Shown here in pieces: positions 26,203 to 37,712 of a DNA stretch of 64,000 bases. Location of the stretch: positions 6,946,001-7,010,000 of the forward strand of contig CM119372.1 of assembly GCA_051294905.1 (NCBI GenBank), written 5' to 3'. Every line of letters starts with the position of its first letter. Within the stretch, counting starts at the first letter, position 1. The notes beneath the pieces were generated by a model that was not told the origin of the DNA, made no database searches, and saw only the letters and a program-made list of their open reading frames with translations. Origin of the DNA: Botryllus schlosseri. Lineage: Eukaryota. The position numbers were made by a program, and so were the translations under genes.

Positions 26203-27802
26203 CAAGGGTCGGTAACCTACGGCCCGCGGGCCGGATCCGGCCCGCCAAGCGAAATCGTCCGGCCCGCGACGAAATAACTAGTTACCACGAGAATACGGCC
26301 CGCCGTTTCGTAATGAGTTCCAATCTGCAGTGCAGCACTGCTTGGAAAGAATGCGGCATTGCTGCGATATAAAGTATATCCTTCGTCGTATTAGTATATT
26401 GTTACGCCATAAAACTGGGGCGAAGGCGGTCGACTAGTAGCCTATCTCGTACTAAAAGTAGGAGATGGAGAATGTCTGTGGAGTAGACCAGACCAGTGCA
26501 TAACTAGCGGGTGTATCGCGCAACCGAGGGTAGCCTATACCATACTTTTTTAAGGGTTTACCACTCAGATAGGGTGCGACAATAAAGGTGCCGTTCCTCT
26601 GCTCCGACGCAATGACAAAATCTCAAACTTTCCCTGTTTCATTATAGATAACTAGCATCCGTAGGTTAGTCATTTGTAGTTTAATTCGCCAGAAGACATT
26701 TTACGCCAAGACAACAAACCTGATTAGTGTTTTGGATACAATGGTGAAAGCTGATTTTGTCTCACAAACTGAATCACCGACAGTTAGCCTACCTCAGATA
26801 TTACTAGAAGCAGAGCGTCAATGTGGCGATGTCTTGCATATCTGCCATGTTCGCGCATTAAGTCGAGAAGCTATGCTTGCACGAGTGTATATGAACTGAG
26901 AAATGAAATAGTAACTTTCCTTGAAAATACGAACATAGCCGACTCATAATCTTGTCATCGAAAATTGGTATCTAATCTAGCTTTCGTAGTACATTTAAGG
27001 TCACATCTAAACAAATTGAATTTGCAACTTCAGGGAGCAACAATTAATAGGCTACATGAGATGTTGAGACGCATTCGAAACAAAACTGCGACTCTGGGAA
27101 TGTCAACAGTGCAAAGAAAATTTTGCTCACTTTCCTATACTGGAGGAGAGTAAGCCTAGTATACCAGCACTATACATTTGTAACTGTGATATACGAAATT
27201 TAATTACTGAATTTCCACCCGCTTTTCCGACATTCGTTCTGTACAAAATAAATTCTGACTACTCAGTAGGCTACTCCGTTTTATGTGGACGCCAAAACCA
27301 TTGCCAGAAAATTTCAAATGGGCCCATTTGAAATGCGATGCAGTTGAATTGAATGACAAATTTCATACAAAGAGCATATCGCTGAATGACTTTGACAAAG
27401 AGTACGTTCTTGAAATGGGTCTTCATCCCAGCTTGACCAACAATGCAAAAGAAATGGCATCGACTTTTGTTTTCAACAAAGAATTTCACGAAGAGCAAGC
27501 TAAGATCACGTATTCCAACGCCCATTTAGAATATGGTCTGATTCTTGCTTCATCTGACTTGTTACCAGAAGTTGAAAACCTTTCACAAAGCGGGCTGCGC
27601 CAAGTGTCACATTTATCTTGCGTTGTTGAAGTGTAAATACATGTGTTTTGCTCTTTTTGTGATTTTTATGATTGAGATTGCAGCATTGTAGGGTAATATA
27701 CCGACGTGAGCGATAAATATAGTATTAAGAAAAATTCCGGCCCGCCAAAATGTTGCGCACTCGAAATTTGACCCGTGACTAGCAAAAGGTTGCCGACCCC
27801 TG
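26203..27802 (+). mobile_element. Charlie/Buster-type hAT with decayed transposase (copy 2)
   Basis: Same element as 17728-19326, inverted; TSD TCGTAAAC. Confidence 0.88.
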
Positions 27803-29270
27803 TCGTAAACTATAGTATAGTAAAGTAATTTAATAGCAAAATGTCTATTTCTGTTCTGTGTTCTTAACTTAACCAAACCTCTTGTTTTATTGAAATTGAA
27901 TTCGCAAATAGTTTATATAGTCCTCAACCATTGGCGCAGGCTGACATTGTATCATATCAATTTGCAACAGGGTAATGTATTGCATCTTATCAATTCGTTT
28001 CTCTATTCTCTATTTTGGCTGGTAACTATAAACTGAGGCTGTGCAATTACTTAATTAGTTTATTAGTTCTACTTAAACGTGAGCGATACAGCGCCTTACT
28101 TGCGTGTATGTTTAACTATATATTCGTTCATCGGTTCAAAATCAATGACCACTCAATCTGTATTTCAGGCAGCTAGCAAAATACAATGACGTAATCACGC
28201 CTCATACCTCGAAAAGGCAATTTGACTTGAATTGTGACTTGACTTGACTTGACTCGACTGGACTCGAGTCACCCCCGAAAATCGACTGACTTGACTTGAC
28301 TCGAGTCACCTTCGAAAATCGACTGACTTGACTTGACTCGAGTCAAAATGTGCAATGACTCGAATTGACTCGTGACTCGAAGGTAGTGACTTGATCCCAA
28401 CACTGGTTTACTAAGGCCTTATGGCCCCTCGTCGTCATCCTGGTTCGTACCGGATATTCACCGGTGCGACGAAAAAATGATTGATTAATTGATTATTTTA
28501 TCTTGTGATTGTCAGGTTTCCATGAAAATGTAATTGAGATTGTAATTGAGCAAAATTTTGATCAAATTACAATTACAATTACACAAAATAGAAATGCTTC
28601 AATTACAATTACAATTACAAATTACAATTGATCCAACTCTGGTTACCATACGTCCTCTTTTAAGAGGATTTGTCCTCTTTTCTGAAGATTTAGGTCAGAT
28701 TTATAGCAAATTGCGAATGATATGCCGTAATATAGCACAGAAGTGACGCTCCGGCGGGTATTTCGGAGTGAAAAACGGTGATTTTAGCTCTGAGCGAAAA
28801 GATGACCCTTTTTTTTAGTCAACCGATCACAAAGTGGGAAAAATTCACCAGTTTTGCAAGTCTCAAATTTTATTTCCAAAATATGGTAAGCCTAAATATA
28901 AGTCTAATTGCACGGATTCAAAATGGTGCAAATATAGCAAAGAATGCTGCAACATTTAAAGTCAAAAGTATCGGATTCCAGGTTGTTCAGAACTTGTTTG
29001 TCGCCATTATGTCAAATTGCAAATTACCCGGTTGGTGCTTTCATTTTATTTCCATGTCGTACTTGTCGTAGGCCTACATGTCAATCCATAATCCGTAAAA
29101 CATGTCAATCAGTCCACGTGACTAGCGGTCACCCATAAAAGATGAACAAAGGTGGAGGCTCAAGGCAGGCATTTAGGGAATATTCGGAGCACTACATATT
29201 TGTTTGCTCAACTCAAAGGTAAACCTGTCATTTCAGTTTGTGGTGAGCAGATCGCCGTGTTTGGAGCTGA

Positions 29271-29299
29271 TGCGTGTTCATATCACGTCGGGGTCACCA
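29271..29299 (+). other. DNA copy of the 3' 29 nt of tRNA-Trp including CCA (extended PBS, not a tRNA gene)
   Basis: T-GCGTG-TTCATAT-CACGT-CGGGGTC-A-CCA = T arm, acceptor strand and CCA; the minus strand reads as the Trp PBS TGGTGACCCCGACGTGAT, 3 nt after the LTR end. Confidence 0.85.
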
Positions 29300-29302
29300 A
29301 AA

Positions 29303-29497
29303 TATAGCGTGCTCTGTCGTGGGCGCGCGTTCTTCTTGGTCCGCGGCTCGATAAGTCAAAGTAGACAAGTCAGCATTGCTCTTTTAATAAAACAACTAAA
29401 ACATGACGATGCTCATCCGACGGATACTAGAGATCGACTGACTCGGACGGTGACTAAAAGGCGACTGCACCTCCGACGGTGACTAAAAGCCGATTCG
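29303..29497 (-). mobile_element. Inverted partial LTR (U5-R side) of the Trp-primed element
   Basis: Exact reverse complement of the LTR 3' part to ~29429, then a scrambled three-unit version of the LTR internal repeat. Confidence 0.88.
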
Positions 29498-30721
29498 TTG
29501 CATCTCGCGGAAGTACATGTCGTAGAGTTGAACGATCCTATCATTTTCGACAAGTCGTTACCTGGTAAAGAACGTCCCTACGTTCCTGCAGCGCTTCGAG
29601 AGACTGTAATGCACAGTGTGCATGATATTTCGCACCCCGGTATACGCGCGACCACTAAATTAATAGCTGAACGTTATGTATGGCCTGGCATGAAACGACA
29701 TGTGAACGATTTCGTCCGTCATTGTCAGCAGTGTCAACGATCGAAGATTCATAGGCATACTCGAACTGCAATTACCAATCTTCCCGTCCCTTCCGAACGC
29801 TTTCATACGGTTAACGTGGACATTTTATCACTCCCTAATAGTTGCGGCTACTCGTATATTTTGATGTGTGTTGATCGCTATACTCGCTGGCCTGTGTGTG
29901 TTCCAATGATGGACATTCGTGTCCAAACTGTTATTGATGCGTTTAGTTTTGGCTGGGTGTCGAATTTCGGCTCACCCCGTAAAGTCATAACCGACCGAGG
30001 AAGTCAGTTTACCTCGCTTGAATGGACTCAGTATATGCAATTCTTGGGTATTTTCCACATCAAAACCTTGGCGTATAAGCCGGAGCAAAATTCTCTTGTC
30101 GAACTCTATAACAGAACTTTGAAAGCCTCCCTCCGCGCATTAGAAAGTCCTCATAATTGGTATCATCATTTAGGCTTAATTGTTTTAGGGCTGCGATGTT
30201 CTGTCAAGGAAGATCTCGGTTATTCACCAGCAGAGCTTGTGTATGGCACTTCCCTTCGATTACCCGGTCAATTAGTCGATCCCTCTCCCAGTGGCAATAA
30301 CGCTAATGATTTCAACTACGTCGGTGAATTAAAACGCTTTTTCTCAGCCTTGGGTGAGATGCCGACTAAGTTTCATTCGAATCAAAAATCTTATGTCCCA
30401 AACGATTTGAATAATTGCACGCACGTTTTCTTGCGGATAGATGGTCATCGTAGATCACTCGATCCGGTTTATTCTGGTCCGCATCAAGTTTTAAAACGCA
30501 CTCGTGAATGTTTCACAATTCTAACGAATAAGGGTCCGTATGACGCCTCAACCGACAGGCTTATACCTGGCAGACTTCCCATCGAGCGTCTCGACGAATT
30601 GACGCCACCGCAAGCTGACACTTCGCGAGCAAACTCTGTGTCGACCAGTGGCCGTATTATTCGTACTCCACATCACTTGAATGATTTTGTGTTGTCACCA
30701 GTATTTAATATGGATATTTAG
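29498..30721 (+). CDS. Gypsy (CsRN1-like) integrase, 5'-truncated pol fragment with open frame
   Basis: HDISHPG...CQQC zinc finger, VDIL / ITDRGSQF / NSLVELYN DDE core, YSGPHQV GPY/F motif; no ATG start, no RT or gag. Confidence 0.92.
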   Translation: MHLAEVHVVELNDPIIFDKSLPGKERPYVPAALRETVMHSVHDISHPGIRATTKLIAERYVWPGMKRHVNDFVRHCQQCQRSKIHRHTRTAITNLPVPSERFHTVNVDILSLPNSCGYSYILMCVDRYTRWPVCVPMMDIRVQTVIDAFSFGWVSNFGSPRKVITDRGSQFTSLEWTQYMQFLGIFHIKTLAYKPEQNSLVELYNRTLKASLRALESPHNWYHHLGLIVLGLRCSVKEDLGYSPAELVYGTSLRLPGQLVDPSPSGNNANDFNYVGELKRFFSALGEMPTKFHSNQKSYVPNDLNNCTHVFLRIDGHRRSLDPVYSGPHQVLKRTRECFTILTNKGPYDASTDRLIPGRLPIERLDELTPPQADTSRANSVSTSGRIIRTPHHLNDFVLSPVFNMDI

Positions 30722-31056
30722 TGTGTTACTCATTCACTTTTCCGCCATCACTTGTATTTTTTCGCAACAGGCTCCTTCATCTCCTGTATGTTCTATAAAT
30801 CGTGTCTTGAGCCTTTCTCATTGTAAAGTGCATCATTATCGCTAAACGAACAATTGTGTCGTTTATAGCTTTACCACCACGCCCACTCCACTTTCATTAG
30901 TCATTATAACATTTAGAATTGAACTCGTATTCGAATCGTAATCTGTAATCATTGCCGTGTCATGCTGGTAGCGTCGTTCATTCGTATATAGTTGAATCGT
31001 TGACTGATGTAGTGTCCATATCATATCCTAAAGCTTTTACCAACCAGGGGGGCCCT

Positions 31057-31311
31057 TGTAGCGTACCGCTCCATGAATGACCTATAATTACCCTCGCTGA
31101 TTACTGATTATGTTACTGCTGCGTCTCTTGTGTTGTACTCTTTTATGGAGTCGCTTTTAGTCACCGTCCGAGCGAATCGTCTTTTAGTATCCGTCGGATG
31201 AGCATCGTCATGTTTTAGTTGTTTTATTAAAAGAGCAATGCTGACTTGTCTACTTTGACTTATCGAGCCGCGGACCAAGAAGAACGCGCGCCCACGACAG
31301 AGCACGCTATA
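31057..31311 (+). mobile_element. 3' LTR of the Trp-primed element, preceded by PPT
   Basis: AGGGGGGCCCT then TGTAGCG...CGCTATA followed by CATG. Confidence 0.92.
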
Positions 31312-32249
31312 CATGTAATTAATTACAATTACTTTTAAACAGGTAATTGATTCAGTAAAGATGTGTTCTTTGACAACCGTAGCGACGTAATTAGCAACAA
31401 TCTCAAGCTATTCATGTTGCATTCCTGATATGTAGAATACCCTTTAATTAAAAAAAACAAACTCGAACGTATTCGAACTATTCCTAATCATGAGTACTGA
31501 AAACTACAAGCACAGAAAAATGTTTCAAGCGACTGTTAAGAACCAAAGGTTTGAGCGAATAACAGCGAATAGGCTACAGACCAGTCAATGAAATGTAATC
31601 AAACGATAAGGCTACTCAGAGCCGAGTCAGGATAATGAAATGTAATTGGTAAGGCGTCAGCGATAAGGATGATACCGATATGGTGCGTACAATTAAAATA
31701 AATGCAAAAGGAAAGAACCTCCTGATAACTAAGAATTACAATACTATGGTTCGCATTTACATTTTCACTTGCTCGGAAACTGTTGGGTTGCATTTGATGA
31801 ACATTAGGGGGCGAAAAGTTTCTGGCCCCAGTAAATTTGGCCAAGATTGGGATAACATCTCTACAAATGCGTGATCAAGTTTGATGAAGCCTTGGTTGGA
31901 AACTTGAATTTTTTTTTGCTATTGTTCCAACAAGCCATGGTACTGGTCAGAGATTTGAAAAAAAACTTTGACCGTAATGTAGGAAATGGTTCAGCACAGA
32001 TTTCAGAAGAGTTTATTTGCAAAATTCACGAGTCAATTTCAAGTCATCAAGTAATCGGTGGCGATAAAAATCACTACTGCATCTTATACATATATGTTCG
32101 GATTGTTCGCGCAACGCTTGTGTAATAACCCGCGTGAGAGCGACCAATCATTTAGTGATCGTGCGTTTTACTGGGCCTCCAATGTTCTCTCACAAATATA
32201 TTGATCGCAAACGAAGTGATCGAAGTTGACAGCATACGTTGTCGTAAAC

Positions 32250-33849
32250 CAAGGGTCGGTAACCTACGGCCCGCGGGCTGGATCCGGCCCGCCAAGCGAA
32301 ATCGTCCGGCCCGCGACGAAATAACTAGTTACCACGAGAATACGGCCCGCCGTTTCGTAATGAGTTCCAATCTGCAGTGCAGCACTGCTTGGAAAGAATG
32401 CGGCATTGCTGCGATATAAAGTATATCCTTCGTCGTATTAGTATATTGTTACGCCATAAAACTGGGGCGAAGGCGGTCGACTAGTAGCCTATCTCGTACT
32501 AAAAGTAGGAGATGGAGAATGTCTGTGGAGTAGACCAGACCAGTGCATAACTAGCGGGTGTATCGCGCAACCGAGGGTAGCCTATACCATACTTTTTTAA
32601 GGGTTTACCACTCAGATAGGGTGCGACAATAAAGGTGCCGTTCCTCTGCTCAGACGCAATGACAAAATCTCAAACTTTCCCTGTTTCATTATAGATAACT
32701 AGCATCCGTAGGTTAGTCATTTGTAGTTTAATTCGCCAGAAGACATTTTACGCCAAGACAACAAACCTGATTAGTGTTTTGGATACAATGGTGAAAGCTG
32801 ATTTTGTCTCACAAACTGAATCACCGACAGTTAGCCTACCTCAGATATTACTAGAAGCAGAGCGTCAATGTGGCGATGTCTTGCATATCTGCCATGTTCG
32901 CGCATTAAGTCGAGAAGCTATGCTTGCACGAGTGTATATGAACTGAGAAATGAAATAGTAACTTTCCTTGAAAATACGAACATAGCCGACTCATAATCTT
33001 GTCATCGAAAATTGGTATCTAATCTAGCTTTCGTAGTACATTTAAGGTCACATCTAAACAAATTGAATTTGCAACTTCAGGGAGCAACAATTAATAGGCT
33101 ACATGAGATGTTGAGACGCATTCGAAACAAAACTGCGACTCTGGGAATGTCAACAGTGCAAAGAAAATTTTGCTCACTTTCCTATACTGGAGGAGAGTAA
33201 GCCTAGTATACCAGCACTATACATTTGTAACTGTGATATACGAAATTTAATTACTGAATTTCCACCCGCTTTTCCGACATTCGTTCTGTACAAAATAAAT
33301 TCTGACTACTCAGTAGGCTACTCCGTTTTATGTGGACGCCAAAACCATTGCCAGAAAATTTCAAATGGGCCCATTTGAAATGCGATGCAGTTGAATTGAA
33401 TGACAAATTTCATACAAAGAGCATATCGCTGAATGACTTTGACAAAGAGTACGTTCTTGAAATGGGTCTTCATCCCAGCTTGACCAACAATGCAAAAGAA
33501 ATGGCATCGACTTTTGTTTTCAACAAAGAATTTCACGAAGAGCAAGCTAAGATCACGTATTCCAACGCCCATTTAGAATATGGTCTGATTCTTGCTTCAT
33601 CTGACTTGTTACCAGAAGTTGAAAACCTTTCACAAAGCGGGCTGCGCCAAGTGTCACATTTATCTTGCGTTGTTGAAGTGTAAATACATGTGTTTTGCTC
33701 TTTTTGTGATTTTTATGATTGAGATTGCAGCATTGTAGGGTAATATACCGACGTGAGCGATAAATATAGTATTAAGAAAAATTCCGGCCCGCCAAAATGT
33801 TGCGCACTCGAAATTTGACCCGTGACTAGCAAAAGGTTGCCGACCCCTG
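32250..33849 (+). mobile_element. Charlie/Buster-type hAT with decayed transposase (copy 3)
   Basis: Duplicate of 26203-27802; TSD TCGTAAAC. Confidence 0.88.
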
Positions 33850-35850
33850 TCGTAAACTATAGTATAGTAAAGTAATTTAATAGCAAAATGTCTATTTCTG
33901 TTCTGTGTTCTTAACTTAACCAAACCTCTTGTTTTATTGAAATTGAATTCGCAAATAGTTTATATAGTCCTCAACCATTGGCGCAGGCTGACATTGTATC
34001 ATATCAATTTGCAACAGGGTAATGTATTGCATCTTATCAATTCGTTTCTCTATTCTCTATTTTGGCTGGTAACTATAAACTGAGGCTGTGCAATTACTTA
34101 ATTAGTTTATTAGTTCTACTTAAACGTGAGCGATACAGCGCCTTACTTGCGTGTATGTTTAACTATATATTCGTTCATCGGTTCAAAATCAATGACCACT
34201 CAATCTGTATTTCAGGCAGCTAGCAAAATACAATGACGTAATCACGCCTCATACCTCGAAAAGGCAATTTGACTTGAATTGTGACTTGACTTGACTTGAC
34301 TCGACTGGACTCGAGTCACCCCCGAAAATCGACTGACTTGACTTGACTCGAGTCACCTTCGAAAATCGACTGACTTGACTTGACTCGAGTCAAAATGTGC
34401 AATGACTCGAATTGACTCGTGACTCGAAGGTAGTGACTTGATCCCAACACTGGTTTACTAAGGCCTTATGGCCCCTCGTCGTCATCCTGGTTCGTACCGG
34501 ATATTCACCGGTGCGACGAAAAAATGATTGATTAATTGATTATTTTATCTTGTGATTGTCAGGTTTCCATGAAAATGTAATTGAGATTGTAATTGAGCAA
34601 AATTTTGATCAAATTACAATTACAATTACACAAAATAGAAATGCTTCAATTACAATTACAATTACAAATTACAATTGATCCAACTCTGGTTACCATACGT
34701 CCTCTTTTAAGAGGATTTGTCCTCTTTTCTGAAGATTTAGGTCAGATTTATAGCAAATTGCGAATGATATGCCGTAATATAGCACAGAAGTGACGCTCCG
34801 GCGGGTATTTCGGAGTGAAAAACGGTGATTTTAGCTCTGAGCGAAAAGATGACCCTTTTTTTTTAGTCAACCGATCACAAAGTGGGAAAAATTCACCAGT
34901 TTTGCAAGTCTCAAATTTTATTTCCAAAATATGGTAAGCCTAAATATAAGTCTAATTGCACGGATTCAAAATGGTGCAAATATAGCAAAGAATGCTGCAA
35001 CATTTAAAGTCAAAAGTATCGGATTCCAGGTTGTTCAGAACTTGTTTGTCGCCATTATGTCAAATTGCAAATTACCCGGTTGGTGCTTTCATTTTATTTC
35101 CATGTCGTACTTGTCGTAGGCCTACATGTCAATCCATAATCCGTAAAACATGTCAATCAGTCCACGTGACTAGCGGTCACCCATGAAAGATGAACAAAGG
35201 TGGAGGCTCAAGGCAGGCATTTAGGGAATATTCGGAGCACTACATATTTGTTTGCTCAACTCAAAGGTAAACCTGTCATTTCAGTTTGTGGTGAGCAGAT
35301 CGCCGTGTTTGGAGGTATTTCCAATCAACATAATGAGAAAAACGCAGCGAAATACAAACTCTCGTTGGCTGACTGGGGCCGAGAAAGCGCGGGTTTCCAG
35401 GCACCTGCCAGCGAAGCTGTCAAAACACCAAGGCTCAATGTCACGATACACAGCCCACAGCCCTGGACGAAGACCAGTGTAGTAACGTGAATGACGGTCT
35501 ATCTAATATACGAGACGTGAGTTCTCAAGCAGCCATGTATTCAGTGACGACCCAGCACCGAAGCCCCTGCGATGTCGTCACACCCTAGTGGCGCCATAGA
35601 GCTACCACTACATCTCCCTTCTCGGGACAAGCACAAAAGCTTATAAGCAGCACAAACATATACAACGCAAGCACAGAATGAAGACAATAAACAATCCGAA
35701 TTGAGGCAGTTAGCGGTACAAAGGTATGAAGCAATAGGCAGGCAAGAGGTGAATGAAGAACACAACATATTTACACACACTACTCCTATAACTACATCAG
35801 TACTCCTCGATGTATCTGCGAGGTGCGGTTCTGTTTCGATCCGACCGTTG

Positions 35851-36444
35851 GACCATAGTGTCCTATATGGTGTCGACGCAAGCGAATCTCACGGCTCAGT
35901 GAAGTTGTATCACGTCACAATTTCCTTTTGGCTACAGAGGCAATTTGACGGTCATTTTTGACCGGCTTGCCGAGCATTAAATTTGGTAAAACGGGTATCA
36001 ATCGAAAGCTGACTCTGCACTGATTACGAAAATATAAATTTTATTCCGCTCGTGGCCCTGGAGCTCCCACAATCAGCCTCGAATTTTTCATTGTTATTGA
36101 GATTGGCATTGGGACGCAACAATGCTGTCTGGCGAAACGAGAGGTTAACTCAAGAGAAAAAGGTCCAAAAAGCATTGTTGCGTCCCAATGCCAATCTCCA
36201 TAACAATGAAAAATTCGAGGCTGATTGTGGGGGTTCCAGGGCCGCAAGCGGAATAAAATTTATATTTTCGTTATCAGTGCAGAGTCAGCTTTCGATTGAT
36301 ACCCGTTTTACAAAATTTAATGCTCGGCAAGCCGGTCAAAAATGACCGTCAAATTGCCTGTAGCCAAATGGAAATTGTGACGTGATACAATTTCACTGAG
36401 CCGTGAGATTTGCTTGTGTCGACACCATATAGGACACTATGGTC
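35851..36444. mobile_element. Palindromic (foldback) MITE, 594 bp
   Basis: GACCATAGTGTCCTATATGGTGTCGAC ... GTCGACACCATATAGGACACTATGGTC; arms run almost to the centre; no clear TSD. Partial copies at 15354-15726 and 61312-61445. Confidence 0.85.
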
Positions 36445-37309
36445 GGACTATCGCCGCCTCATGATGGTCATCGCGATCGACACTAGTAGCGCTCGAACTG
36501 CTATCTCCTCCCTGATAGGGAAATTTGAAGAATTCAGCTGCCTCACTGGCGGTAATGTCGACGCCTTCTTGCGCGGTATTCTCCATCTGGTATCTCCGCA
36601 CCATTCGGCGATTTCTTCTGAAGGTGCCTCGCCCAGTTCTGATAACCAAGGATCTGGGTTGAGTGTCAGTGTCAAGTTTTTCCACAACACCCTGCGATTT
36701 GCAGTCCGGAATCCAGACGCGATCTCCCACCTTGAACTCATCTCCAGGTACTACTCTGTGTCTTTTGTTGTAATCACGAGTATCTCTGCGTCGGTAATCT
36801 TCTTCGGCTTTCTTCGCGGCGGTTCGGTCGACAGGCTTGGGCAGAAGATCGTCTGGATGACACGGTACTCTTGTTCGTAGATTGCGGCCCATGCTCAATA
36901 CTGCCGGCGAGTAGCCGATAGCCAATGACGTGTTGGGGTATGTGAGTAGCGCCAGATATTCATCGTCACATTTTCGCAGAAGGTTTTTGATGGTCTGAAC
37001 GGCACGCTCAGCCTCCGAGTTCCCCTGTGGATATCTAGGTGAGGACATGATATGTTCAATTTTCCAGCTTTCGCAAAATAACGCAAAGTCACGGGAAGAG
37101 AACATAGGTGCTCCATCTGTGACCAAAGTCTCGCAGATGCCGTGCCCACTGAAAATCTTCTTGAATTTCAGAATCGTCTCTGCTGCGTTCACTGTTATGG
37201 AGACAATGCAAATCTCAATGTCCCTGGAGTAGCAGTCAACGGCTAGCACGTACATGGAATTCTGGTATTGAAAGAAGTCGGCACCAACACGGGACCAGGG
37301 TCTCTCTGG
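36445..37309 (-). pseudogene. Integrase core and C-terminus of the Mag-like element
   Basis: PERPWSRVGADFFQYQNSMYVLAVDCYS...LVTDGAPMFSS...SSPRYPQGNSEAERAVQTIK; the frame resumes past the MITE as QRSDRNRTAPRRYIEEY*. Confidence 0.9.
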
Positions 37310-37712
37310 TGCAGGAGCTCGTGCTCCTTCTCTCCTATCGGTTATTGAACAATACTACATCACGTGACTTATCGCATAGTTATAACGCAGTGCATATCAC
37401 AGATTGACTCAGAGAGACTCATGTACGCTAACTTACTGCTTATACCCGAATTGATATATAACCCTCCGTACAATACATTTGGAAAGGGCAATTGTTTGTG
37501 TCTATTGAACTACAGTCAAGAACTACACAGGACGTTCGTGTCAGCTACTACCAGTTAAATATATACTGTAAGCTGCTATCCGTAGACCACGGACTTGCCG
37601 TATACAATCGCAGACTGACAGACCGATCTCCATCCCGCATGGTGCCCCTCGAGTACGTGACTTAGTTCAAACGAAAAGACTCTTTGCCGCTCCATCATCG
37701 GACTATTAGCAT

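Larger units (their letters stand above)
25010..29266 (+). repeat. Tandem duplication copy 1 (LTR plus 4.0 kb of downstream flank); copy 2 is 31057-35314
   Basis: Near-identical sequence and ORFs at offset 6047-6048; only a handful of differences seen. Confidence 0.95.
24327..36223 (+). repeat. Right (donor) arm of the inverted duplication, expanded by a later LTR insertion and tandem duplication
   Basis: Matches the reverse complement of 15354-20943 once 25010-31315 is removed. Confidence 0.92.

Noticed and set aside
29271..29299. tRNA-Trp gene
   Set aside because: Only the 3' 29 nt are present, with encoded CCA and no D or anticodon arm, and it abuts an LTR.
16087..35490. Triplicated short ORFs as a gene family
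   Set aside because: They come from duplicated TE sequence; apart from the integrase ORF, only the hAT transposase remnants are recognisably protein-derived.
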